The notes under the pieces were generated by a model. That model was not told the DNA's origin. It searched no databases and saw only the letters and a list, made by a program, of their open reading frames with translations. Both the position numbers and the translations under genes were made by a program. Shown one piece after another: positions 1 to 9,003 of a stretch of 64,000 nucleotides of DNA. Location: positions 1,824,001 to 1,888,000 of the forward strand of contig OZ253665.1 of assembly GCA_965263295.1 (NCBI GenBank), given 5' to 3'. Source of the DNA: Spirochaetia bacterium (GTDB lineage: Bacteria; Spirochaetota; Spirochaetia; SP-2023). Every line of letters begins with the position of its first letter. The first letter of the stretch is position 1.

Positions 1-309
1 AAGAACTTGAAGAACAAGAGTTGCCCCCCGACCCTTGGGTATAAATCGGGTATAAAATGCTGTAAAATAAACTGTGCTTAGGTCATTTGTGTCATATAGG
101 CAAACCTTGTATGATATTAACTGGAAACGAACCTGGTTAAAAGGTTCACCTGATTTCAATTCAGCAGGACATTTTAGAGCGGTAGGCATTTGTGGCTCAT
201 AGCCGGATCGGCCGAAAAGTTTGACTCGCTGCTTCGACGCTAGATTTTTTCTTCCTAAATTACGGGACAGAAACATCAGCGCAACCACACCAATGATGAA
301 AGTGAGGAT

Positions 310-1572
310 ATGATGATGACAAAGCCGTCTGGAAGCGAGCCCTTGGGAAGACATGTGGAAAGCCATATGGAAAGACATACTCTATTTATTGTTTTTCCTG
401 CGTTATTGATGACTCTCAACTCAATTGCCATCGATATTATGCTGCCGGCCTTTCCGCAGATTGCCTCCAGTTATAAGCTTCTTGATAAAGATGATTGTCA
501 GCTCATAATCTTTACTTACCTCTTTGGATTGGGGTTTGGCCAGCTGGTATTTGGCCCCGTCTCTGACCATCTGGGACGTCGCGGGCCTGTTCTTGTCGGC
601 TTACTGCTTTACATTGTCAGCGCAGTCATTGCCGCGTTTACACACGTTTTCACGGTACTACTTGCAGCCAGGTTCCTACAGGGATTCGGTGCTGCCGCAA
701 CACGAGTGATTTCTCTTGCCATTGTGCGGGATAAATACCGCGGGAGCGACATGGCCTCAATTATATCCATTGTCATGATGATATTTCTTATTGCTCCGGT
801 CGTCGCGCCATTGATTGGGCAGACATTAATGCTTGCAACATCATGGCGCATGTTATTTGTCTTTATGGCAACTTTCTCTCTGATCATCGCTGTCTGTGTG
901 TATTTCTATCTTCCAGAGACCCTGCCTCAAGAACGTCGTCTTCCATTCACGATCACCGAAGTGTTTAAAGCATTCATCTTGACTTTGTCGAATCGTGTAA
1001 CGCTTTTCTACTCAATTGCAATGATTTGCACCTATGGTACTTTGTATAGTTTTTTAAGTACCGCACAGGCGATTTTTGTCGATATTTATAAAGTTGGTCT
1101 CTGGTTTCCCGCTGTGTTTGCAGCGATAGCAATTTTGCAAGGCCTCGGTTCTTTAGTCAATTCGCGTGTCGTCAGACGGGTCGGCCAAAAGCGCTCTTCA
1201 CACGCGGCACTTATTGCCTTTGTCTTAATCACCATTCTCCTGTCTTGTCTGTCAACGACTCTGTCGCGGAGCGGGTTATTGCCTTTTTTCGTGTTTTCTT
1301 CGCTCTTTGCCATTGCCATGGCTTTGTTTGCAATCGTTGCCGCGAATTTCAGTTCCATCGCCGTGGAACCACTCGGTGCAGTTGCCGGCACGGCTTCGTC
1401 CGTCATTGGCTTTGCCCAGACGGTCGGCGGTGCCTTTGTCGGCTCATTAATAGGCTTGGCTTACAACGGCACTGTGACTCCTCTCGTTGTCGGCGACGCG
1501 ATGGCTGCGTTCATTGCCCTGCTTGCCGTTCTGATTGCCGAAAAGGGAAGGATTTTGCGGGAACATTCCTGA
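310..1572 (+). CDS. Bcr/CflA-family multidrug efflux MFS transporter
   Basis: About 12 hydrophobic segments; motifs IDIMLPAFP, GPVSDHLGRR, ARFLQGFG, APLIG, GTASS. The start may be a downstream Met. Confidence 0.9.
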   Translation: MMMTKPSGSEPLGRHVESHMERHTLFIVFPALLMTLNSIAIDIMLPAFPQIASSYKLLDKDDCQLIIFTYLFGLGFGQLVFGPVSDHLGRRGPVLVGLLLYIVSAVIAAFTHVFTVLLAARFLQGFGAAATRVISLAIVRDKYRGSDMASIISIVMMIFLIAPVVAPLIGQTLMLATSWRMLFVFMATFSLIIAVCVYFYLPETLPQERRLPFTITEVFKAFILTLSNRVTLFYSIAMICTYGTLYSFLSTAQAIFVDIYKVGLWFPAVFAAIAILQGLGSLVNSRVVRRVGQKRSSHAALIAFVLITILLSCLSTTLSRSGLLPFFVFSSLFAIAMALFAIVAANFSSIAVEPLGAVAGTASSVIGFAQTVGGAFVGSLIGLAYNGTVTPLVVGDAMAAFIALLAVLIAEKGRILREHS

Positions 1573-1771
1573 AACTTCAATGACTTTGATCAAATGAACT
1601 TAATCCCTAATCAATTCAAGATATTCTACCAGATCCCAGGACTTTCAAAAGACTTTGAACTAAAATAAAATTGGCAGCCCCTGCTGATTACCTCTCAGAG
1701 CCTGCCAAGCTTACCAGTTCCATGCTGCTGCAGAGAAAGTCATGAACTGGCAATTAGTATATCGAATTCTG

Positions 1772-2692
1772 CTATATCCTTTCTTGGAAAACACGTTCGA
1801 CATTTTTTGTCTCTATTTTTCTGAATATAGTCCTTAGATTAAGATCCTGTACCTTGTGCAGGGCTAATGAGAGGAAATAGACAAAGCTGAGTACCACAAT
1901 GATTGTGGGGCCCGAAGCGAGGCCCGTATGGTAAGATGCCAGCAGGCCAATGTATCCTGAAATAAAGGCATCTAATAGGCTGATTAACATCATGGGAAAG
2001 AGCGTTTTGGCCCACAGCAAGGCTGTGACAGCCGGTAAGATAATCATACCGACGGCCATTAAAGTCCCCAACGCCTCAAATCCAGCTACCAGATTCATGA
2101 CTACCGTAGTCATGAAAATAAAGTGGTAGATATGGCCCCGTCCCCTGACAGAACGCAGATAGACCGGATCAAAAGATTCGGTAATTAAAGGACGATAGAT
2201 AAAAGCGATGACAAGTATCGTAAATGATGCAATGCCTCCGACGAGATAGATAGCTGCGGAATCAATGGCCAGAATAGTGCCAAACAGTACATGCATTAAA
2301 TCGACATTGGAGCCACGAAACGACACAATCAATACGCCGATTGCCAGAGAAAACAGGTAAAAGCTGGCAAAGCTGGCATCCTCGCGCAAGATAGTGGTAC
2401 GGGTAACAAACCCAGAAAGTATTGTGACCAAAAGGCCAGCGATTAAGCCGCCGACCCCCATAGCAAACAGGGACAAAGAACCCGCAACTAAATAACCGAT
2501 CGCAGCACCCGGCATCACTGCATGGCTCATCGCATCTCCCACAAGAGTCATGCGGCGCAGTGTCAGAAATACCCCAACGGGACCTGCGCCAATCCCCAGG
2601 GCAAAGCATGCAACCCAGGCGCGGCGCATAAAACCGTAATCGATAAATGGACTGAACAAGTAGTCATATAAATTATTTGGATCCATAATCAT
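1772..2692 (-). CDS. Zn/Mn ABC transporter permease (ZnuB/AztB type)
   Basis: LRRMTLVGDAMSHAVMPG, LFGTIL and SFDPVY motifs of ABC-3 permeases. Confidence 0.93.
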   Translation of the reverse strand: MIMDPNNLYDYLFSPFIDYGFMRRAWVACFALGIGAGPVGVFLTLRRMTLVGDAMSHAVMPGAAIGYLVAGSLSLFAMGVGGLIAGLLVTILSGFVTRTTILREDASFASFYLFSLAIGVLIVSFRGSNVDLMHVLFGTILAIDSAAIYLVGGIASFTILVIAFIYRPLITESFDPVYLRSVRGRGHIYHFIFMTTVVMNLVAGFEALGTLMAVGMIILPAVTALLWAKTLFPMMLISLLDAFISGYIGLLASYHTGLASGPTIIVVLSFVYFLSLALHKVQDLNLRTIFRKIETKNVERVFQERI

Positions 2693-2743
2693 CTCCTTAA
2701 TTTTTATATTTGCAGAAGTAAACAGCGAGCTAGAAGCTGCTTA

Positions 2744-3466
2744 CTACAGGTTGGAATTGGCCATATTTCTGACGAGTTGCAGATTATCCTGCGTTACGAC
2801 ATCGACAGTGGGGCCTGCCGCTATTAACCGATTCATCAATAAGATAGCGTGGGAAAAATGAGCCTTGACTTGCTCCGAGTCATGCAAGACGGCAATAACA
2901 GCACGGCCTTCGTGTTGCCAATTTGCCAGCAGCGAGAGAAGGTCAGAGGTTGTCTTGGCATCAATACCGTTAAACGGTTCATCAATTATGACGACCTGGC
3001 TGTCTTGCAGAATTAGTCGAGCAAACAAAGCCCTCTGGAATTGCCCTGCTGACAGCTGACTGATTTGCCGCGATTCAAAGCCATTGAGACCAACTTCATC
3101 TATCGCTCTTTGTTGCTTTTCAAGCATCGGAATAGATATCCCGCGAAAAGAGCCTGTAGTGGACCAAGCCCCCAACGACACCATGTCCCACATGCTTATC
3201 GGAAAATGGCGGTTGATCTCATTGACCTGCGGCAGATACGCAAAATTTCGGGGCGAGATGCCATTGTAGGAAATTTCCCCAGACTTCAGGGATAATTCTC
3301 CTATTATTGCTTTGATCAAGGTCGATTTGCCAGAACCGTTCGGCCCGATAATTGCGGTCAGGCTTCCCGCACAAAAACTGGCAGAAACATTAGAAAGTAC
3401 GACATTGCCATCATATGCAACGCTAACCGCCCGGCAGGAAATAAAAGGAACAAGAGCTTGTGTCAT
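2744..3466 (-). CDS. Zn/Mn ABC transporter ATP-binding subunit (ZnuC/AztA type)
   Basis: Walker A GPNGSGKST, signature LSAGQFQR, Walker B IIDEPF, VLHD. ATG at 3466 overlaps the upstream stop codon (ATGA). Confidence 0.93.
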   Translation of the reverse strand: MTQALVPFISCRAVSVAYDGNVVLSNVSASFCAGSLTAIIGPNGSGKSTLIKAIIGELSLKSGEISYNGISPRNFAYLPQVNEINRHFPISMWDMVSLGAWSTTGSFRGISIPMLEKQQRAIDEVGLNGFESRQISQLSAGQFQRALFARLILQDSQVVIIDEPFNGIDAKTTSDLLSLLANWQHEGRAVIAVLHDSEQVKAHFSHAILLMNRLIAAGPTVDVVTQDNLQLVRNMANSNL

Positions 3467-3585
3467 GGCAAGCTCACAGACCAAAAGATCAAGGCCCAAA
3501 GGATAGCCAACAGGACACAGGCCCCCAGCATTCGCAGTGCAGCCGACTGGCTAAAAAGAGATCTTTTATAAGTTTTTTTTTGCAT
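3463..3585 (-). CDS. 40-aa single-TM small protein coupled to the ABC ATPase gene
   Basis: Hand translation MQKKTYKRSLFSQSAALRMLGACVLLAILWALIFWSVSLP*; GAGG SD upstream; ATGA overlap with the next gene; below the ORF-track cutoff. Confidence 0.7.
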   Translation of the reverse strand: MQKKTYKRSLFSQSAALRMLGACVLLAILWALIFWSVSLP

Positions 3586-3655
3586 ATGATCCTCGCTTTC
3601 AATAATACAGCAGAAATCCACGGGAAATGTGCCCTATGTAACTCTTAAATAATTG

Positions 3656-3691
3656 CCCCCTCCTCTCGTTTTGAGAATTTTGAGGAGGGGG
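3656..3691 (-). terminator. GC-rich stem-loop between the SBP gene and the ATPase/permease genes
   Basis: CCCCCTCCTC...GAGGAGGGGG 10-bp inverted repeat; weak U-tract, so it may be an mRNA-stabilising hairpin. Confidence 0.5.
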
Positions 3692-3781
3692 AGTTCCTAC
3701 TTCTTGCAGATACCCATAACTAAAACCGTACTTAAACCAGTGAAAATACCTGACTATGGCGGGTAACCTGCCGGACGGGGT

Positions 3782-4678
3782 TTACAAACTCTTTTGGATA
3801 CCGCTCGCAATAAGATCTATATTGTGCTTGAACATCGCGTAAAATGTCGGCACCTCTTCAGATAGAGCCTCTGGAAACAACGTACCACCCGGCTGCGCCT
3901 TCGTCGCCCGGGCGATCTGCCGCACCAATCGGGGATCATTGGAGTTTTCCATGAAATACACCTTGACCCCTTCCCGCTTCATCTGGTCAATCAGCCTCTT
4001 AACATCCTTGGCCGAAGCCTCTGTTTCGGTAGAAACTCCCAGCGGGGCGATAAACGTAACATCATAAGCACGGCCCAAGTAGCTAAATGCATCATGATTT
4101 GTCAAAACTTTTTTCTTTTCTCTGGGAAAGCCGGTCAGTTTTGAAAGGGCGTAGTCGTCAAGCGCATCAAGTAACTTGTCGTACAGCTCAGCATTGGCAA
4201 TAAAATCGGCTTTATCCTCTGGATCTACGGCGATCAGGGCATCACGGATATTCTTAACCCAAATCTTCACATTTTCGGGATCGTTCCACACGTGTGGATC
4301 AGCCATGATTTCACCATCTTCTTCAAATTCGCCTACTTCAATGCCCTCTGAAACGACAACTACCTCCTTGGCATTTGCCGCGCGGGCTAGGCGCTCAAAC
4401 CATGTCTCAAGGCCACATCCACTGATAAAAACGACATCAGATTTTCGCAGATTTCTCGAATCTCTGGCAGAGGGTTCGTATTTGTGAGGGTCGCCATTGT
4501 TTCCCACCAGGCTGCTCACTTGCACATGTTCACCTCCGACTTGCTTCACCACATCGGCCAACACGGTAAAACTTGCCATGACCTTCAGTGTGCGAGCCGA
4601 AAGCGGCATGACTGCTGTCACAAGCAAAAGCATCAGTATGAATTGTTTTTTTACCCTAAAAATATTTATATTCTTCAT
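3782..4678 (-). CDS. Zn/Mn ABC transporter substrate-binding protein (ZnuA/AztC/TroA family)
   Basis: Signal peptide; metal-ligand motifs DPHKYEPS, DPHVW, TNHDAFSY. Confidence 0.93.
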   Translation of the reverse strand: MKNINIFRVKKQFILMLLLVTAVMPLSARTLKVMASFTVLADVVKQVGGEHVQVSSLVGNNGDPHKYEPSARDSRNLRKSDVVFISGCGLETWFERLARAANAKEVVVVSEGIEVGEFEEDGEIMADPHVWNDPENVKIWVKNIRDALIAVDPEDKADFIANAELYDKLLDALDDYALSKLTGFPREKKKVLTNHDAFSYLGRAYDVTFIAPLGVSTETEASAKDVKRLIDQMKREGVKVYFMENSNDPRLVRQIARATKAQPGGTLFPEALSEEVPTFYAMFKHNIDLIASGIQKSL

Positions 4679-4902
4679 TTCTATGTCTCTCCTTTAAATT
4701 TAATCATTAATTTGATTATTAAAATCACTCTTATCCTCGTTAGAGGGGCTCGTTCTATCTCCTATCTGCTCATATGCAAATCCCTTTCCTTCTCTGAGCT
4801 TGATCGCGCAGAAAACCTTATTATAAGCTGGACAGTCATTTTGCTGGGTAAGCCACATATTGACCCAAGATATGACTGGCAATTAGAATCAAAGTTATGC
4901 GA

Positions 4903-4917
4903 ATAATAATTATTATC
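4903..4917. promoter_or_regulatory. Putative Fur-family operator
   Basis: Perfect palindrome ATAATAATTATTAT; minus strand GATAATAATTATT matches GATAAT-N-ATTATC at all but the last base; lies just downstream of a minus-strand TATAAT (4937-4942), upstream of the metal-uptake operon. Confidence 0.5.
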
Positions 4918-5258
4918 GACAAACGGAGTTTATTGAATTATAGTTGTAAATACAAGAGTGATACAGATTTTTTTTAAAAAAATATATTTTACATATAATA
5001 AATATATGATTATTTTTTATAGCTGGACTTTAAAGCGTATTAATTATATGACAATACCTCTTTTTAAAGAGCGCCAATCAATATAAATTTCTTGCAAAAT
5101 TGAGATTTAAGTAAAGGAAAATCACCGGGAAGCCTTTTGTCGTTATCCGTCATTATCCTCCATCGTTATCCAATGAATCGTTCTGCCATAAAACGCTACA
5201 AGCTAGAAAAACTACACGTTCTTTATTTTCTCGGAATTCTGTGATATAATTCTCATTA

Positions 5259-5272
5259 TTTGATATATCAAA
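5259..5272. promoter_or_regulatory. Palindromic operator upstream of aspA
   Basis: Perfect 14-bp palindrome TTTGATATATCAAA just downstream of TG-n-TATAAT (5242-5250). Confidence 0.45.
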
Positions 5273-5302
5273 ATATTTTTATTTATTTAGGTTTAAGGGT
5301 AT

Positions 5303-6778
5303 ATGTCTTATTCAGAGTTTCGTTCAGAACACGATCTGCTCGGCGAGATGCCGGTCTGTTCGGATGCGTACTACGGGATTCACACGGTTCGTGCCGTTGA
5401 AAATTTTCCGATCACGGGCATAAAGATGCAAAGCTATCCGGACTTGATCGCCGCGCTTGCCGCAGTTAAGCAGGCGGCCGCAGAGACCAATTGCGGCCTC
5501 GGCCTTCTCGACGCAGAGCGCGGCGAGGCGATCGTCAAGGCGGCGATTGAAGTTCGCAACGGTGCGCTGCACGACCAGTTCGTCGTCGACATGATCCAAG
5601 GAGGCGCCGGCACCTCTGCGAACATGAACGCCAACGAAGTCATTGCCAACCGCGCACTTGAACTCATGGGCCGCAAGCGCGGGCAGTATGAGTTTTTACA
5701 CCCGATTGAGCACGTCAACATGAGTCAGAGCACCAACGACGCCTATCCGAGTGCCATAAAAGTCGCACTGCACTACCTAATTGAACGCTTGATACAGACT
5801 CTTGAGGGTTTGCGTCTCGCCTTTGAAGGCAAGGCGAACGAGTTCGCCGACCTGCTCAAAATGGGGCGCACCCAGCTCCAGGATGCGGTCCCAATGACTC
5901 TCGGCCAAGAATTTGGCACCCATGCGGTGATGCTCGGCGAAGACAAGGAGCGCTTGCGCGAGGCCGCTTTGCTGATCAACGAGATCAACCTGGGCGCGAC
6001 CGCGATCGGCACCGGCATTACGGCCCATCCCGACTACGCGGCGGGGGTTTGCACGGCGCTTGCGCGCATCACCGGCATCCCGCTCAAGACTGCGGGCAAT
6101 TTGATTGAGGCGACGCAGGACTGCGGCGCGTTCGTGCAGCTTTCGGGCGTGCTCAAGCGAGTGGCGGTCAAGCTTTCAAAGACCTGCAACGACTTGCGCC
6201 TGCTTTCGTCGGGGCCGCGGGCGGGCCTGGGCGAAATCAATCTGCCGCCGCGCCAAGCGGGTTCAAGCATCATGCCCGGCAAGGTCAATCCGGTGATTCC
6301 CGAGGTCGTCAACCAGGTCGCCTTTGAGGTCATTGGCAACGATGCCACGGTGACCTGTGCCGCGGAGGCGGGGCAACTCCAACTCAACGCCTTTGAGCCC
6401 GTCATCGCCTACAGCCTGATCAAGAGCCTCACTCATTTGCGCGCCGCCTGCGACACGTTGCGCGAACGCTGCGTTACGCAAATCACGGCGAACCGCGAGC
6501 ACCTGCGCAATACAGTTGAGCACTCAATCGGCATTGTCACGGCGCTCAATCCCTACATCGGCTACACCGATGCTACCGCCGTTGCCAAGGCCGCCCTTCG
6601 CGGCGACCGCAGTGTCTATGAGATAGTCCTAGAAATGGGGCTGCTCAGCCGGGAGCGCCTCGACGAAATCCTGCAGCCAGAGCAACTCACCCGGCCGCAC
6701 GCATTTGTGCTGCACAACCGAACGACAGAAAATCGGCTGCAGGGCGAGGGCAGAAGGAATAAAAAGGCGGAAAACTGA
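5303..6778 (+). CDS. aspA: Aspartate ammonia-lyase
   Basis: QGGAGTS, SQSTNDAYP, KMGRTQLQDA and the GSSIMPGKVNP fumarase/aspartase signature. Confidence 0.96.
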   Translation: MSYSEFRSEHDLLGEMPVCSDAYYGIHTVRAVENFPITGIKMQSYPDLIAALAAVKQAAAETNCGLGLLDAERGEAIVKAAIEVRNGALHDQFVVDMIQGGAGTSANMNANEVIANRALELMGRKRGQYEFLHPIEHVNMSQSTNDAYPSAIKVALHYLIERLIQTLEGLRLAFEGKANEFADLLKMGRTQLQDAVPMTLGQEFGTHAVMLGEDKERLREAALLINEINLGATAIGTGITAHPDYAAGVCTALARITGIPLKTAGNLIEATQDCGAFVQLSGVLKRVAVKLSKTCNDLRLLSSGPRAGLGEINLPPRQAGSSIMPGKVNPVIPEVVNQVAFEVIGNDATVTCAAEAGQLQLNAFEPVIAYSLIKSLTHLRAACDTLRERCVTQITANREHLRNTVEHSIGIVTALNPYIGYTDATAVAKAALRGDRSVYEIVLEMGLLSRERLDEILQPEQLTRPHAFVLHNRTTENRLQGEGRRNKKAEN

Positions 6779-6831
6779 CTGGCAGTAAATTGCCCGACGA
6801 CTGTCACATTGTTACCAAAGAAGGAGTTAGC

Positions 6832-8160
6832 ATGAAAAAGAAAGGCTTGTTGGGCTTATATTTTGGCTCTAACCTGTTGTTGAGGGTCATGATCGGCCTG
6901 ATCGCTGGCGTGGTAGTGGGTCTCGCCCTCGGCTACGGCAATCCGGCAATGGCACGCGCGTTTGCTGCCAACAGCGCAATTTTTGGTTCCATCTTCATCC
7001 GTTTGTTGAAGATGATTGTAATCCCGGTGATCTTCTTTTCGTTGATTGGCGGTGCCGCCAGCATTGCCCCGGCCCGGCTCGGGCGCATTGGCGTCAAAAT
7101 CATCGTCTTCTACATGCTGACTTCAGCTATATCGACGGTATTTGGCCTGCTCTTCGCCAATCTTTTGCATCCCGGCAGCGGCATGGATCTCGCTGGAGCG
7201 CAGGAGGGGGAAATCCGGCTGGCAGAGGCCCCGCAACTCACACAAGTCTTACTAAACATTATCCCGACCAATCCGATCCAATCTCTGGCCGAGGGCGACG
7301 TGCTGCCGATCATCTTCTTCGCCTTGGTATTTGGCCTCTCGATTTCCTTTCTCAAGGAATCCGACAAGCCACAGCTGGCCCGTAACGCCAGCCTTCTGCA
7401 CGACATTGTCGACACCGCGGCCGAGGTAATGTATAAGATCGTTCGCGGCATCATGCAGTATGCCCCGATCGGTGTCTTCTTTCTAATCGCCATCGTCTTC
7501 GCCGAGCAGGGCGCGAAGGCGCTCGGTCCGCTGGTGACGGTTACGCTGACCGCCTATCTCGCCTCGATTGTGGTCGTCATTGTCGGATATGGAAGTCTGC
7601 TCACGGCTACCCATATCGGTTTCTGGAATTTTCTACGGGCGGCCAACTCGGCCATCATTTGTGCCTTTGTCACCCGCAGCTCCAGCGGCACTCTGCCGGT
7701 GAGCATGCGCGTCTGCGAAGAGAAACTGGGCATTCCGCGCCATATTTATTCATTTACCCTGCCTCTGGGCGCCACCATCAACATGAACGGCACAGCCATC
7801 TACCTGGGGGTTTGCGCCATGTTTATCGGCTATGCCACGGGCAGTCCATTAGACATCGCACAGCAGATAAAGGTGGTGACGACGGCCACACTCGCTGCCA
7901 TCGGCACGGCGGGAGTTCCGGGCTCGGGCGCAATTATGCTGCTGATGGTCCTCAATTCGATTGGGTTGCGTCTGGACGCCGGCTCGGCCGCCGCCACAGC
8001 CTATGCGATGATTCTCGGCATTGACGCCTTGCTCGACATGTGCCGGACCAGTCTGAATGTCACTGGCGACATCGTTTGTACCGCGATCCTCGCCCAGAAC
8101 GAGAAAAAAGCCGAAGGAACAGTCGAGGGGAAAGCGGAGGAAAAAGCTGAAGAATCCTGA
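6832..8160 (+). CDS. Dicarboxylate/amino acid:cation symporter (GltP/GltPh family)
   Basis: FIRLLKM, TRSSSGTLP, PLGATINMNGTA, DMCRTSLNVTGD; AAGGAG SD before ATG 6832. Confidence 0.93.
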   Translation: MKKKGLLGLYFGSNLLLRVMIGLIAGVVVGLALGYGNPAMARAFAANSAIFGSIFIRLLKMIVIPVIFFSLIGGAASIAPARLGRIGVKIIVFYMLTSAISTVFGLLFANLLHPGSGMDLAGAQEGEIRLAEAPQLTQVLLNIIPTNPIQSLAEGDVLPIIFFALVFGLSISFLKESDKPQLARNASLLHDIVDTAAEVMYKIVRGIMQYAPIGVFFLIAIVFAEQGAKALGPLVTVTLTAYLASIVVVIVGYGSLLTATHIGFWNFLRAANSAIICAFVTRSSSGTLPVSMRVCEEKLGIPRHIYSFTLPLGATINMNGTAIYLGVCAMFIGYATGSPLDIAQQIKVVTTATLAAIGTAGVPGSGAIMLLMVLNSIGLRLDAGSAAATAYAMILGIDALLDMCRTSLNVTGDIVCTAILAQNEKKAEGTVEGKAEEKAEES

Positions 8161-8203
8161 AGAATCCTGAAATTTAATATTATATCAGAAGGAGTATTTG
8201 TCT

Positions 8204-8935
8204 ATGGATATAATGCTTTTTAGTAACGGTTATTCGCCGGGAAACACCTTGCCACTGGAGTATGGCCTGGACTGGATTGAAGGTTTTGCCGCCCGCGCTG
8301 CAGTAAAAAAGTTTGTTTTCATTCCCTATGCCGTGATCCGCGATGACTATGACGCCCGCAAGCAGATGGTCGGGCAGAGTCTAGCCAGATTTGGCTGGGA
8401 AGTCTCGGCCATACACCGGGCCAACGACCCCGTTCAGGCGCTTGAAGAAGCCGATGGCGTTTTAGTCAGTGGGGGCAACACCTGGGTCTTGAACAAGACC
8501 TTGCACGATCTCGGTCTGATCCGACCGATTCGCAATGCAGTGTTGAAGCAGAACAAATTGTATATCGGTTGGAGCGCGGGCAGCAATATTGCGGCGCCGA
8601 CGATGCGAACCACAAACGACATGCCCATTGTAACCGCGGCCGTATTGCCAGCACTCAACCTGATCCCGTTCCAGATCAACCCCCATTATGTCGAGTCCTT
8701 GAGCGACAGTCAGACGGGGGAGACTCGCGATGAAAGAATTGAGGAGTTTCTGCTGCTCAGCCCGCATGAAATCGTTGTGGGGCTGCCCGAAGCTAGCATG
8801 CTGCATGTTCACGATGGACAAATTCGTTACTACAGCGCAAATGACAAGCCGCTAAAACTGTTTCGCAATGGGAGGGAACCAGAATACTTTGGCCCGCAAG
8901 ATGACATTGGTTTTTTGCTGGAACACGGTTGTTGA
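8204..8935 (+). CDS. pepE: Dipeptidase E (Asp-specific, family S51)
   Basis: GGNT, GWSAGSN (Ser), INPHY (His), GETRDERIEEF (Glu). Confidence 0.93.
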   Translation: MDIMLFSNGYSPGNTLPLEYGLDWIEGFAARAAVKKFVFIPYAVIRDDYDARKQMVGQSLARFGWEVSAIHRANDPVQALEEADGVLVSGGNTWVLNKTLHDLGLIRPIRNAVLKQNKLYIGWSAGSNIAAPTMRTTNDMPIVTAAVLPALNLIPFQINPHYVESLSDSQTGETRDERIEEFLLLSPHEIVVGLPEASMLHVHDGQIRYYSANDKPLKLFRNGREPEYFGPQDDIGFLLEHGC

Positions 8936-9003
8936 ATGTTTTTTGAAAAGTGGTTACTGACCATTTGTTGATAAACGGTATTTCATTTAAGAGGATTTAA
9001 ATT

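Noticed and set aside
4855..4873. Similarity of CATATTGACCCAAGATAT to about 11754-11773
   Set aside because: Short gapped match between AT-rich intergenic regions, plausibly chance.
8151..8170. 10-bp tandem duplication AGAATCCTGA at the symporter stop codon
   Set aside because: Simple slippage duplication or old footprint with no associated element.
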